Source of the DNA: Raillietiella orientalis | Taxonomy: Eukaryota | Reading direction: 5' to 3' | NCBI GenBank assembly: GCA_036172245.1 | Contig: JAYWIR010000001.1 | Span: 1,736,001-1,800,000, forward strand | DNA length: 64,000 bases | Shown: in pieces, positions 1 through 12,185 of the stretch | Layout of the letters: each line of letters begins with the position of its first letter | How positions within the stretch are numbered: position 1 is the stretch's first letter | The notes under the pieces: generated by a model | Told to the model about the DNA's origin: nothing | The model's database searches: none | The model's input: the letters and a program-made list of their open reading frames with translations, nothing else | Made by a program: the position numbers and the translations under genes

Positions 1-3000
1 CGTGGAGGTGGCGGAGCGTTTCCAAGACTGCCGCGCTGCCGTTGCGTGGCAGCGAGCCGACGACCGCTCGGAGGGCTGCGGGCTCGCCACGGGGTCGAAG
101 GCGACCTCACCCGGACGGATTTCGTCCCCCTTCTCGTCCCCTCAGTTTCTCCTGTGCCGAAGGACGGCCCGGGAAGTTCAAGCAGCCGTCCCAGGCGACG
201 ATGCGGTGCTCCCGCAGGTTTCCCGCGGCGCCGAATGCTGGCGCTGCCTCCGACGCAGTGGCCGCTGCAGGGTCGCGCGTATGTCTTCGCCGCGGCACTT
301 GCTGTTGGGGCGAGGAGCGCGGCCGGTCCCGGTAGCCAGCAGGTCTTCTTCCGAGCATCCCTGCAACGGTGCTATGACTTTTCCCTTCTTTCGCTTCTCT
401 CCGCGTCGTGGCTCGCGGACGGGCGGGAACGCGCTGCGTCGCATTGCTTCGCGTGCGCCGAAAACGCACTTCCCGCGTCCGCTGCGCGGTTGCCACGACT
501 GCGACCTTCCCAGGGCGCCTTCTCCCGCTCCGATCCTCCCTGAAAAGGGACGCCGCCGCGTCCGCCAAGTGCATCCGGGAAAATGCGTATCCGCGGCCTA
601 TTAGCAAGGATGCCCGCCCACTCAGCGGACGGGGACGCAGGAGAGCTAGCGCCCCCGTCGGATCATCCCAGGACCAACGTCCACCAAAGCGCCGCCTCTT
701 GTGCTGGCGCCCGTAGGACAGCTCCACCGTCAAACGGGCGTCCATAGTGAGGCAGCGCCGCCACAGTCGCCGTAAGACCGTCCACGGACAAGGAAGCCCC
801 ACCCCTCCTCTCCCCCGTTGCGCCTGCCGTTTGCGACCAGACGGGCGCTCCTTGAGCCGCGACCTCCCTCTTTCACGGCGTGCCGTCGCGCTTCCTGTCA
901 CGTGACCTGTCCCGCGCGGGTTTCGCCGGCGTCGCCTGCGAATCGAGGGCCGCCTCGCCCGCAGCGGGCGGGTTCCGGGCACTACGAGCGGCCGCCCGTT
1001 GCCCCGCGCCACCGGCGACGCGGAGCCGCAGCTGAGGAACGGCCGGCACGGAAGCGTGCGCGAACGAGCGCCGCGAAACCGTCGCGCATCCCAGGAGGCA
1101 AATGCTCTTTCGCTCCCACCCCACGGCTCTCGGAAACGGTCCCCGGCGACCACCACCATACGCTTCCGGGTCGCTCCACGCTCTTCTCGCAAGGATGGCA
1201 CATCGCCGACGCCGACCGCCTGCGACCGCGGCATCCGCAAGGGTGACGCGAGCCGCACGCCCGAGACGCGCCTTTTCAGTTCGCCTCTCTCGGTGGACAA
1301 GGCAAGGGAAGCGCGGCGTACCCTGACGGTGGAGACCCGAGGTCGCGCCGGAAGTTTCCACCTTGGCGGGGAGCGCACCTCCGCCTCCGGCTCGTCCAGC
1401 GCCATCGGCGCCCATCCCTTCCTGGGTGCGCTTCCGGGCCAGAGAGACCTGCCGGTGAGGAGCGTCGCCCGCATTCACCGACACCCTCGCGGCCAGCAGG
1501 GGAACCGCGCATGCGCGACCCATCCCCGTACGGCTGGCACCCCTCTTCACCCACCGCATCATTGGAACCGGTGTACCGGAGACGCCCACCCGCCTGCGAG
1601 GCTTGCTGCTGCTGGCGGTCGCCACGCGGAGCTCCTCGCAGCCATGCACTTCCCTCTCGCACGAATTCCGCAACGAGAAACGCGGAAGGAAACGCCGCGG
1701 GCTGCGCCACCGGAGCTCTCGGCGCCAGTCGACGGAGTCTCCGCCCTCCCACCGAGCACCCGGATGCCGCGGCTCCGCTCCTGCGCGGCCTCCGGGATGG
1801 AGAATGGCGGCGGACGGTGCTCCTGCGCGCTGCGACGACGACCGGCAAACGAGCGAGTCAACGACCCGTCTCCACGGCAACCGCGGATTCCTACGAGGCC
1901 GTCGCGCCTCAGGGGAGCCATCTCGATCCGCGCGCGTCTCGCCGCAAGGATCGCGGCAAAACTGCAGCAACCACCCACGCGCAGTCGGGGCGCTCCGGAT
2001 GCCTCCGACGCTGCAGACGAACGGCGCCACCTACCGCCACGTGCCTCTCGGTGACCGCCACCTCGGCGTTCGAAAGTCGAAGACGCCGCGGAGAGGCGGG
2101 AACGGGAACGCCAGGGACAGCGGCGATCGCCATCTCTTCTTGAGCACCGCGCAGCCGCACCGACGCCGCATTTTGCGCAAAGAGGACTGACGCGCGAAAC
2201 CAAGCACAGGTGGCGGCGGCGGTCGGGAAACTCTGCCGTACTTCAGCAGCGCCTTGTCCCTCCGTGCAGCACCGGGCTCGGGCTGCGACCCGTAGCTCGA
2301 AAGTGTTGGGGGGCGCAAGGCAAATGCCCGCAGAAGGCGGCCAGCACGGCGCCGAAAAGAGGAAGGTGGTCCGAGACCTCGGGCCACCACCAGCAGCCCG
2401 CCAGCGAGAGCAAGGGGGACCGAGCACCGAGGCGCGAGAGAAGCGGACGCCAGCACCGGAAGGCGGAGGCGCCGACCGACGTCCGCGGAGGAGCGAGCGA
2501 GCGACAGGCAGGTGCCGGGACGGGAAAAGGGGACGACGGCGCCGCCAAGCGGGTTGCCGAGCAGCGTCCCAGGGCGCGCGGGACCAGCAGGGAAAGCGCT
2601 GCGGTGACTCGTGGAGCTGCAGTAGCGGGACGCGAAGGGAGGCGGTACGCAAGGAATCGGTTCCCGGGACGACGACTTTGCGTTCGACGGACCGTCTCCG
2701 GAGGAAGGGGAAACGGGCGCGCTCCCGCACCCATGCGCGGGAGCACGGAGCAGAAGAGGAGCACCACTCCAGCATCACCTCTTTCCTGCAGCAGTCATCC
2801 ATCCAACAAGGCCACCAACAACGAGAAAGACAAGCGGGACGGAGGTGGAAGAAAGGAGGCAGCGATCGGAGAGTCTGGACCTCTGCGCAGGGTTGGGAAT
2901 GCCGCAAGCGGGAAAGACACGGGCGGAAGCGAGTCGAAAGTCGGTTGCAGGCCAGTTCCCGAGAGCCAGCTACGCGCCACTTCTTTCCGGAAGAAGGCGC

Positions 3001-3790
3001 AGCCGACCACTCTGCAGAGCACCGGGGAGCTCGCCTCCGTCGTCCTGGTGACGCGCGATCGGTGGGAGGGAAGGGTCGCAGGGTGGCGACGTGTCTCTCG
3101 GCTCGGTTGTTCGGCTGCAAGAGCCTCGATTCCTTGGGCCCGCCGCAAGGCGACCCCACGCGCGTGGCTGCTGGAGCAGCAGCGCCTCGAGGCGGAAACC
3201 AAGGCGCCACCCGAGATGACGTGCGTTCGCCAGCGCACGGACAGCGCAGCAAGGGACGTGCGGTCCGAGACCGCCGCTCCCTGAGCGCTACAGCGACAGC
3301 TTGCGGCCGCCTCCCGCGTCGACCAAGGACGACTCGAGCAGGTCGGATGGATTCGGGGAAAAGCGGACGGACCTTTCCGGCCCTCCTCTGAGAAGAGTCC
3401 CGAAGGGAAGCCCTGAGAAACGCGTGCCGCTAAGGCAGCAGCAGAGCGTGGCTCGTCTCCGCGCGCGCACCAACGTCCAGCCCCTCGCCCGTTGGCCTTC
3501 CGTAACGGAAGGAGCGAGGCTGCCGGCCGAAGGTGTGCATCGGCAATCCGAAGGAGCCTGCTCCATGGTGCCGGCGCCGGGTTGCGAACGGAACTCCGGG
3601 ACGGGCCGGGGAGCTGTGCTGCGGAAGGCGAGCGTCACGTCGGATGTCTTGGGAACGGGGCGGGAGGACAGGACGTTCCGGGAATGGGTCCGTAGTCGGG
3701 GAAAGCGCGCCGGGACCCGCCAGGCGTGCGGTCAGCGGTCGCGGCCGGGCGGGTTCGTAGCGGAAGATGCGTGCGGGGGAGGGGAGGCTG
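1..3790 (+). repeat. Inverted duplication IR1, left arm (open-ended at window edge)
   Basis: Position x mirrors 15976-x. ORF translations in all frames match those of 12186-15975 on the opposite strand. Only one substitution seen (3776 vs 12200). Homology ends at about 3790/12186. Confidence 0.97.
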
Positions 3791-3849
3791 TGATGTAGGA
3801 ACTCAGCTGATCGTTTTCTCTGTGTCTTCAACTGCTGAGGAAGGCGATT

Positions 3850-4150
3850 CGGTCTGTTGGGACTTCTCACGGGAAGGATGAGAATGATGGGGAAGGGAAT
3901 GTTCCCGTACAAAGGCAGGAAGAACGCGGAGATTTTTTTGGAAGGCAGCGATGTCATTTCTGATGTCATTTTCTTCATTTCTGTCATTTTCTGTCATTTC
4001 GGGTAACGAAAATGCATCAGTGTGCTTTGATGCCTGGGTTCCAGGCAAATTTACTTCGGAAAGGTGTGGGGCGCGGTGGTCACTCTCCCTGTCGCAGTCG
4101 AGACGCTTCACTAAGTTAAATCCACCCGCCTCAATGCTGCGTTTCCAGGT
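3850..4150 (-). mobile_element. Possible degenerate L1/Tx1 ORF2 fragment (endonuclease C-terminus and linker)
   Basis: Minus-strand peptides KRLDCDRESDHRA (resembles APE SRLD...SDH) and KKISAFFLPLYG (resembles the FY..LY linker motif). Short and frameshifted. Confidence 0.3.
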
Positions 4151-7089
4151 CGGCGGTAGTTCTTCCGACTATCTTCAGCGAATCCGTGAGGGTCGGTGGA
4201 TCCCAGGGTTTGAGTAGCAAACCAGGGAGGCTGGGAAGGAGCGATTCCCCCAGGAAGGGGGACTGACCACCTAAGTATGCGCGCGGACACGCAGCGAGAC
4301 TGCCACCGCCTTTCGGCCGAAACTCATCCCGTTTAAGAGGAGCTCAGGTGGCGAACGGACAGTGTCTGGACCGCGCAGCCGAGGCAGCTTTCTTTCTGAA
4401 AGGTAGCCGGCGAGGCAGGCGCGATCTGCTGGAATTGGCAGTCCAGATGCATACGAAGATCCGCGGAGGTAGGCGGTTCGAGGATTTGGAGGTGGGCAAC
4501 CGAGGATTAGCCGCATCCGAAGACACCGGGATTACAAGAGGGAGGGGCGGTCTCCATCTCCGCAACTTCGGTTAGCGGACCACGGCGGTGCGAGGACGCC
4601 CTTCCGCTCAGTCTCCCACCCCGCGCGAAGGACGCAGCCTTTGTGGCGGCGATACCGTCCCTGAGGAGGTGCCGCTGCCTTCCTCAGGCGACCAACCGAA
4701 GGCAGGTCGGGTTGGAAGTCCTCCGACGTGCCTCGTGGGAGGGGAGGAGGCGGAGCTGAAACGCCTGGCGTCGACCGGGATAGAAAGAAGCAGCAGTCAT
4801 CGGCGCGAGGGCTGCAGAGGAGGACTGAAGCACTGACGGCTACTTCCTGCTGACGAAGAAGCGGAGCGAAAAAGTCCCGGGAACGGTCCGAAGCGCCCGC
4901 AAGAAGCGGACGTGAAAAACGGAAGACGGGGGACTGGCGTCGCCGCTGATGCCAATCCTGGAAGTTGAAGGACCGGGAAATGAGAAGAGAGGGAAGGCGG
5001 AAAGAGGGGCATTCATTGCACCCGGTTGCCATGCCGTCAGGGGCACAGCGGGGCGACCGCGCGCAGGCGCTGCGAGGAGCACTCTGAGAGAACGCGGGCG
5101 CGAGCTGCTCATCCGCAGGGAAGGCTCCGCGGGCGGGACCGCGGAGGTACGGTCGTCGGCACCGGCCGAAGCGGACGAGCGGCGGTCCTCCCGAAGGACA
5201 ACGCGCGGACGAACGGGGAGGTCTCGCACATGCGCGCCGGCGCAAGAGCGAGGAGCTCCCGCCTTCCTCAGCTCCGCAACCTCCTGTTGCGTTGCAGCCT
5301 CGAGATCCGCTTCCTGGCGTGGTCCGCGGCGAGACCCGAGGCTGCAGGAGTTGGGAGGTCTTTCGATCCAGGCAGGAGCAGATGGAAAGCAACGGTCGGC
5401 AGAAGAGCAAGGCGAACACGAAGGGCGAGGAGTACGTAAGGTTCCAGGGTACGCGGTACCCGTGCCCGAGGCATTCCTCGTCATCTTCCTCCGGTCTTCT
5501 AAGGATGCGAAGGGACCCAGAAGAGCAGGACTCCGCGCCGCCAGCACCTGGAGCTCAGGACAGCGAAAGTCGCGACTGTGCAGCAGAGAGGACGGGCCAA
5601 GGGTGGCGCCCGTCGGAGGGAACCCACGGGCCTTTGGCTGCTGATCTTTTCCGGTCTCTCGCCCGAACTGTCGGCCGCGGTCGTCGCTTCACTCGAACGG
5701 AGCCGCTGCCACGTTTGCGATGGAGTCGAGGTCGACTCTATGAAAAAGGAAGCACCGGTAGACGCCCCTGGAGCGTAGTGGTCGCCTTGCCCCCGTTGTC
5801 GACTCCTCGTCGCTTCGCTGCTCTCTTTGGCGCTCTTGCGAAACGCACTGCGATACTGAGCGGCAGCCGCGCACCCCCGGTGCTTTCTGGCGATCCCGCG
5901 ACTTCCTTCCCCAAGCTCGTGGGGCTTCCGACCGGAGTCGCACCCGCTTCTACGGGAGAGGCTCTTCGACAATGTGGCTTGGACGTCGTCGGGTCCGCGA
6001 AGGGACGCTGGCAGCGCGCGACCGCGTCGGCGGGACTCCTGGACCGCTCCCCGGAATCCCATTTCCAGGTGAGCTCGTTAGCTTGTCTCCTGACCTGCGC
6101 GTCCTTCCCTCCTTCCGGACTTTCGGGAAACGCCACCGCGCGTTGCGCTCCGTGCTTGAAGTTCGCCTTCCGGCCGAGGTGGCGTCTCCTGCTGGCGCGA
6201 CGCGTGCCGCGGGTAGATGTTGGCGGCGACGAATCCGAGGTCAGCACCGCGCGGAACGCCCTCCTTTCTCCTCCGCGCGCCCGGCTTCGGGTCTCTTCTG
6301 GAAACGCGGCTGGCACAGGCGCGCTCATGCGGTTTGTGACGTCACCTTCGCCTCAACCCTGGCTTCCGCTGTACAGCGTTCGTTGCAAGGAAGCGGACGC
6401 GAGAGCCACGTCTGCACTGGAAAGGCGCCTGGCCGTGGCCCGCGAGCCCGTTTCCTCGAAAATGGCGACCGCGAGCGAGGAGACCCGTGCGGAGACCCAC
6501 CGCGCCAACGCCGGATGCTCCGCAAGTGGCACACGGATGCGTGGCGCGCTGCTCGTCCTTCGGGCGGAGACCCGACTTCTCGGAACGCGGTCGGCCGTGG
6601 GGCGTCGGAGGCAAATGCTCCGAGACCTCTTTCGGAGCTCGCAAGTGTCCGCCAGGGCGCTCCCGCCGAATCTGCCGCTTAGAAAATCAGCAATAGGGGG
6701 CGGTGGTGCGCACGCGTTCGGACTGAGTGGCTCAGCGAGTCGAATGAATGGGCGGTGGCGGTGCACAGGAAAGTGAAACGCGCCCTCGCGAGCGATCGAT
6801 TTGGCTGCTGCTGTTTACTGCTCTTTGGATTCGACCTGCGTATGTTGGATGTGACCTGTAGACAACGGATATCCGGCAATAGAGTGGCATGGTCCACCGG
6901 TCGTGGAGCGAAACGCCGCCTGCGACCTTTCGTGTTGTTCGGATCATCTGCATCACCCTGAACCAAGAACGGAGCCCGCTGATGTTCTTTTGCTTGATGA
7001 GATGGAACACCCGAGATGGTATTAAACCACCTCGGTTGCGCCGGGGCGTTTATGCAGCAGAACTGAACAAGCCATCTGGAAACTGAGTT

Positions 7090-7800
7090 CCTAGACTAAG
7101 GGATTAGGAGTTCAAGGGGAGGGCTCCCCGACACGCAGGTCGGGCACCATGAAAGTCCAGAACGGGAGGGAGAGGACCACAAATAGATATAAAAAATACA
7201 AAAAAGATATGGGGAGGGACAAGGGTCTTTGGTTTCGGTCGTTCCTTCGTTTCAGAACCGGCGCTGAATGCCGGCGAGATCCTTCCTCACTTCTTCCTTC
7301 AGGTGAGGCTACCTGGAAGCCATCATGTTGGCACATCTGGTGACCTCTACCGCTTGCGAGTGCAACACGTGATGGGCCATGACGGTGGCGCGGATGCAAC
7401 TCATCGCTGCGATGACCACGCCTAGCGAGAGGCCTCCACGCGTGAAGAAGCGGCGCATGACGTCGATGGTGGCGTCCCCTTGGCGCAGGAGCGTTGAAGG
7501 CAGCTTCCGCCACAGTCCTTGGAGATCACAGAAGTCGAAGAGCAGGTGCGGGAGCGATTCCACTGCTCCGCACCTTCCACAGTTCGGGGAGGCTACCTGA
7601 GGTGGTGGTTTCCGAGAGGAATATCGGTCTTTGTGATATATGTTTGATTCGATTAAGAAGTATTTTATAAGGAAACACTAGAGGGACAGTAAAAGACAGT
7701 AATAGGCACGGAATGTGGGAGTTTATTCGAACACGAACCAGTTTGAGGGCCGTATTTATCTTACGACCCACTTATACATGGAGGAACTTGCTTTGACCAA
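7090..7800 (-). mobile_element. 3' part of a degenerate L1/Tx1-like LINE (C-terminal zinc knuckle plus T-rich 3' UTR)
   Basis: Minus frame reads SPNCGRCGAVESLPHLLFDFC, a CxxC...E...H...C motif typical of L1-clade ORF2 C-termini, followed by a T-rich 3' UTR. A homologous copy lies at 20380-20900. Confidence 0.6.
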
Positions 7801-8917
7801 CTTGTTTTGACTGCTGTTCCAAGCCAAGAGTGTGCTCATGCCGATCACACAGGTTGGTGGCGCCTTTGTGTTCTTTGTATACACCGCTGGAAGTTCGGAA
7901 TCATTGCGGATGGAGGAAGAAGCTGCAGCATCTTTGGTGCACGCGACGATGTGGAATCATCTGCTCTGGCCGCAGTGCCGCAATTTGTACCTGGATGGGT
8001 AGCCATTCCTGGAAATAGTTCCGGGATCAGCGTTGGAGGTACAATTTAAACATCGTAGCTTTTCGATTACATTGGTGCTGCATTCGTTTCCTTCTTGAAT
8101 GACCGAATCGGGGATTGAATGGGTACATAATTGATAGTTATAAGAAAAGGGTGGAGCAAGCTTACATCTCACAGGAAGTTTGGTCTCCCTCTTGGCTCTT
8201 TGGAATTCGGTACAAACAAACGTCTTGCTTTCCCCCGAAAGCGTGTTTTCCTGATAGAAACTGTTGTTCCTGTCTTCTTCGAAGTTCCCTTTGAGGAAAT
8301 GTTTCCAACTTTTAATGAAGCACGATGACACGTGACGTTAACTTGCAAATAATTGAATCCGTATTGCAGGGGTCATTCCAATAACTTTGTGCATTCCGAA
8401 TGAGGGGATACGACAGACAGAAATTCATGTGACTGGAGCTCCTGATGACTTCACGTTGCTTGCTGCTCGCAGATAGAACACAGAGCATGAGGAGCGGCAC
8501 GTGTGCCACCTGGTTCTGCAGGAGTTGAGCAGCCTGTCGAAATCTCCTTTTCGCAAGACAAGCGCGGACCCTCCTGATCCCCTTTAGAGACTTCCGAGGG
8601 CTTTCCAGAACTCAGCAAACTGCGCGTTTCTGGTGCTCATTTAGAAATGCCTGCCGACGGCACTGGGGACGACTCTTCGACCTCTCATTCCATCACATAC
8701 AACCAGCTAGCAGTTAGCCCTCTCCTCAGATGCTTCTGGGTGTCTACCCAAGCAACCTATTTCTACTCTAAAGGTGTCATCAATGGACCAAAGGAAGTAC
8801 CATTAGGTTCGCAGTGGCAGATCGGACCTCCATTCAGAAATCACAGCTTATTTTCCATAGTTCCAATTTTTCCTCAAGAAATGCTCGGAGTCCACTCTGT
8901 CATAGCTCAGCTCTGGT

Positions 8918-9669
8918 GTCCGCGTTGGCGGCGGTGTGGCTGCGTTCTCCACTCGTGGCAGGAAACGTTGCGGATTCGAATCCTTCACGGGGAAGGATCG
9001 ACGCCGAGAAATGACGGGTGCGTCGTGGGTTTCCAGTTCCTCTGGCAGGATGCCTCTGGTTGGCCTCGGTTGGCTTCGGGTACGGCACCGGTGGAACCGA
9101 ATGCCTCCGTTGACCGGCCTGGACTGGAAGTTGACCTTCCGGATGATTCAAGGACGCCCTCGGGGTTCCACTCCTGTTGGGGGAAGGGAGCCCCTCTCCC
9201 CCTCCGGCAAGGATCCTCCATCGCCTACCATGAAGCTGGTTGATACCCGCTTCGGAGGTCGCCTCTCCAGGAGCGCTCTGTTCCCTCCGGCGAGCACCCT
9301 TCACAGACATTGGGAAGCGTCCCTTTAGGGTCCTCTTCAGAGGAGGAAAGCAGGAGCAGTTCCCTCCAGAGAAGATATTTCAGGAACGGATCATTTTCGG
9401 ATTTCCTTAGGAAAAGAAACGAAGAGCGGAACCCTCCGAAAAGAATGAGGAAAAGGTTCCCTCCAGAGACGACCAGGGCAAGGGTTCCCTCCCAAGCGTG
9501 AGAGAAACGGAATCCTTCTCCTGGAGCCCTTCCTGGATTCATAGGGTGGTCTCCTCCCTGGGTGCCCCCTATCTTGAAGAATACACGCACCCTCGGGTGG
9601 CGCGGAAGATGCCAAAGAGCTTCGTGACCACTTCCCCCTAAGGAGGTGAGAGGTTATTCAGCAACACTA
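8918..9669 (+). mobile_element. Long tRNA-headed SINE-like element, copy A (older, no poly(A) tail)
   Basis: Head GTCCGCG...GCGGATTCGAATCC (B-box-like). Flanked by direct repeat AGCTCTGGT(G) at 8909-8918 and 9670-9679. Body aligns with 43082-44187 and 30009-30680 (e.g. GCACCCTCGGGTGGCG, AAGAGCTTCGTGA, TTCCTGGATTCA). Confidence 0.8.
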
Positions 9670-10899
9670 AGCTCTGGTGCTAGACTCAACATCTGCGCTC
9701 CCTGGTGCCTTTACTACCAAAGCACTGGTAGTGGAGACGTCAAGCACTAAGGCACCTGACACCACTGTTATAGGTTTCCGATTGACGGAGTCTTCTTTCT
9801 GCCTTCCTTGGTCACGTGCTAGTCTGCCACCTTGAGACACCCATGCTAGTCCTGAGGGCAGAGGGGAAAGAGTCCGGAAGGATTCGTAGAGCGGGGTGCG
9901 ATGTGTTGTTCATATGGGTGTTCGTCCGCACTTGCGGAATTGGGGGGCAACCAGGGAGGTGGTGAGTTTCTCGACACGACCGCTTCTGCGAGGCTGAAGA
10001 AGGAGATGGCAGCTGCTCTCTGCCGCCCGCCCACTGAGGCACCGGAATGACTGAAAGTGAACTTTGGAGTCTCCCCACCCTTCCTCCCGTCACCGGGGCA
10101 TGGGAGAGAGGTTTCCCGATTGAGCTTCCGGTGTGACGGGACTCGGTTCTCACTGGGAATTCTCGTTCCCGGAGATGGGCTGCTCCTTCCCCAGAGCTGG
10201 CGGGAACAGATGTGGAACTGCGTCGCGAGGCGGGGACAGGACTCCCCGTTTGCTTACAGGCGTCCAGCGGGAGTTTCGTGGGAACCTGCGAAGCACTAAA
10301 ATCCGGAGAGCACTTCTTCTCCAGGGGAGTTCCACATAAACAACGGTTCAGGAGGAGAAAGCAGCGCCACCAGGAAAGGTCGATGTGTTTACATGAAAAA
10401 CCTGGAAGTTGATTCGGGGGACTGCAATTACTGAAACGTGAGCATTATTGAGCACAAGAACGCTCTCTTCTTTGCTTGCATTGATTGGGACACCGCGTGG
10501 TCGGGAATGATCACTACGGGAACTTTATTGCCCCGAGTGTTTACTGTCTCTGCAAGGGCCTCTGAGGCGAATGCAGCGCAGGAAAGCCCAACGGCTGCTC
10601 CGGGCGGCTCCGGAAAGATCACGTGATCACCACTCCGCAGCGGCGTGCGACCGGGGAGCATGCAAGCAGCGGTGCATGGCCTCACAAGCTTCGGCAAAAC
10701 TCTGGGTCGAGAGCTGTGGGGGGCTCTTCAGTCTGCTCTGCTGCGGAGGGCGCGATCCACGCATCCCGAATCTTCCTTGTTTCCTGGGCTCGCCGGACCC
10801 CGGTGAGCAGACGGGAAGAGAGTCTCGGACGCTCCGGCGCGCGCGCGTCTTTGTGAAGTGAAGGCTGTGCACCCTTGCTGCGGAAAGCCTCTGACTAAG

Positions 10900-12185
10900 G
10901 GGACAGCAGTCGGATCACTCTCCCTCAAGAGGCGGTAAAGATGGAGGATACTTGCTGTCCAGCATGGGGACACCGCAGGTCACCGTAGCCCAATTCGCAC
11001 CTTTTTTCTTGTCTCCATTTTCGATGAGCGGTTGAACGCGAATGCGAAGAGTGGAGGTGGCAGATGCGGCCATCTTCCAGTTCCATAAGCTCCTTCTGTG
11101 CCTGGAAATAATAATCATAATAAGCTGCTTCCGGTTGTTGCAACACCGTGCGTGGCGAAAAGAGTCATCGCAAATCTGACATGGCGACACATGCCGGATC
11201 CTGTTGGAGCTCAGTGGGCGGATTTCTTCCCCCTGTGCGTGAGAATTGCAAGCGGGTAGACGAGCAGATCGAAAGCATCCGAACCCTTCCTGCATCCTCC
11301 GTCTCTCCTTTCGTTCCGGATTCCTCGAGACCCATGGAAGACTTCCGCGATGCCAAAGTTGAACAGGTCGAGGACAGGTTTGCAAGAGCTCCGGAAGAAG
11401 TTAACTCCCGCGAGAAAGTCCGTTGCCGAGCGAGCGATAGCAACGTCCAACAAATCAGCACAATGATGAGCGACCTCGTTTGGCCCGCAAGAAAGCTTTT
11501 CTGGGTGAGCATCAGGAGAAAGAAAGGTGAAAGGCGAGTGACACCCCGAACGAGAGAAGAAAGGCACAACGCGCATCGCGACGTGCTCTCGAAGGAAAGC
11601 AGTCTGACCAGTGGTGAGGCCACCTTCCCCTGGTGCGCTTTTGATCTTTTTAGTGCTCCTCCAGTTTCGCGCCGTCCACCTCATTTGCTTGTGGACCCAC
11701 ATGGATCATTAGCGCATCGATACAGAAGCACCAGATTGAACGAAATGCCATCGCTGAGAAAGGAAGTCGTTTAGAAAGGACGCGCAGACAGCAGCGGTGA
11801 TACTGAATGGAAAGAGGAGAGCTCCGGGAAACCAAGAATCCACGATGCAGGCGCGCTACTCATTAACTGCAAGACCGCCTTGGCAGATGCACTCGATGCA
11901 AACGATGCAGCCGAGACACGATGGAACGAATTTGCTGACGCAGGGCCGTTTATACAACGGAAGACATCTCAGCTTGTTGGACTGGAGTGCATTCTGCTGA
12001 ATTACAAGCTTTTCTATTCGTCTGAAGCTTTAATCCAACAACTCCCACAAAGATCTTCTCTCGCTCCCTTTGCGACCAACCCTGAAGCTACCATGTCTTG
12101 AGGAGTGCGCACTTGGTACCAAAAAAGGATCGCTACAGCCGGCAAACCTTACGCACACCCTTCCGGTCCTACAGAGTTCACTTCG
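10900..12185 (-). mobile_element. Degenerate L1/Tx1-like ORF2, 3' half
   Basis: Minus-strand peptides in L1 order across frameshifts: KSAPGEGGL (post-RT P...GGL motif), VSPCQICDDSFRH (Cys knuckle), IIISRHRRSLWNWK (terminal ..IW motif). Confidence 0.45.

Noticed and set aside
3952-4000. Short tandem TGTCATTT(T)C repeats as a CRISPR or regulatory array
   Set aside because: These are 9-12 bp units without unique spacers, consistent with simple slippage in a eukaryotic context.
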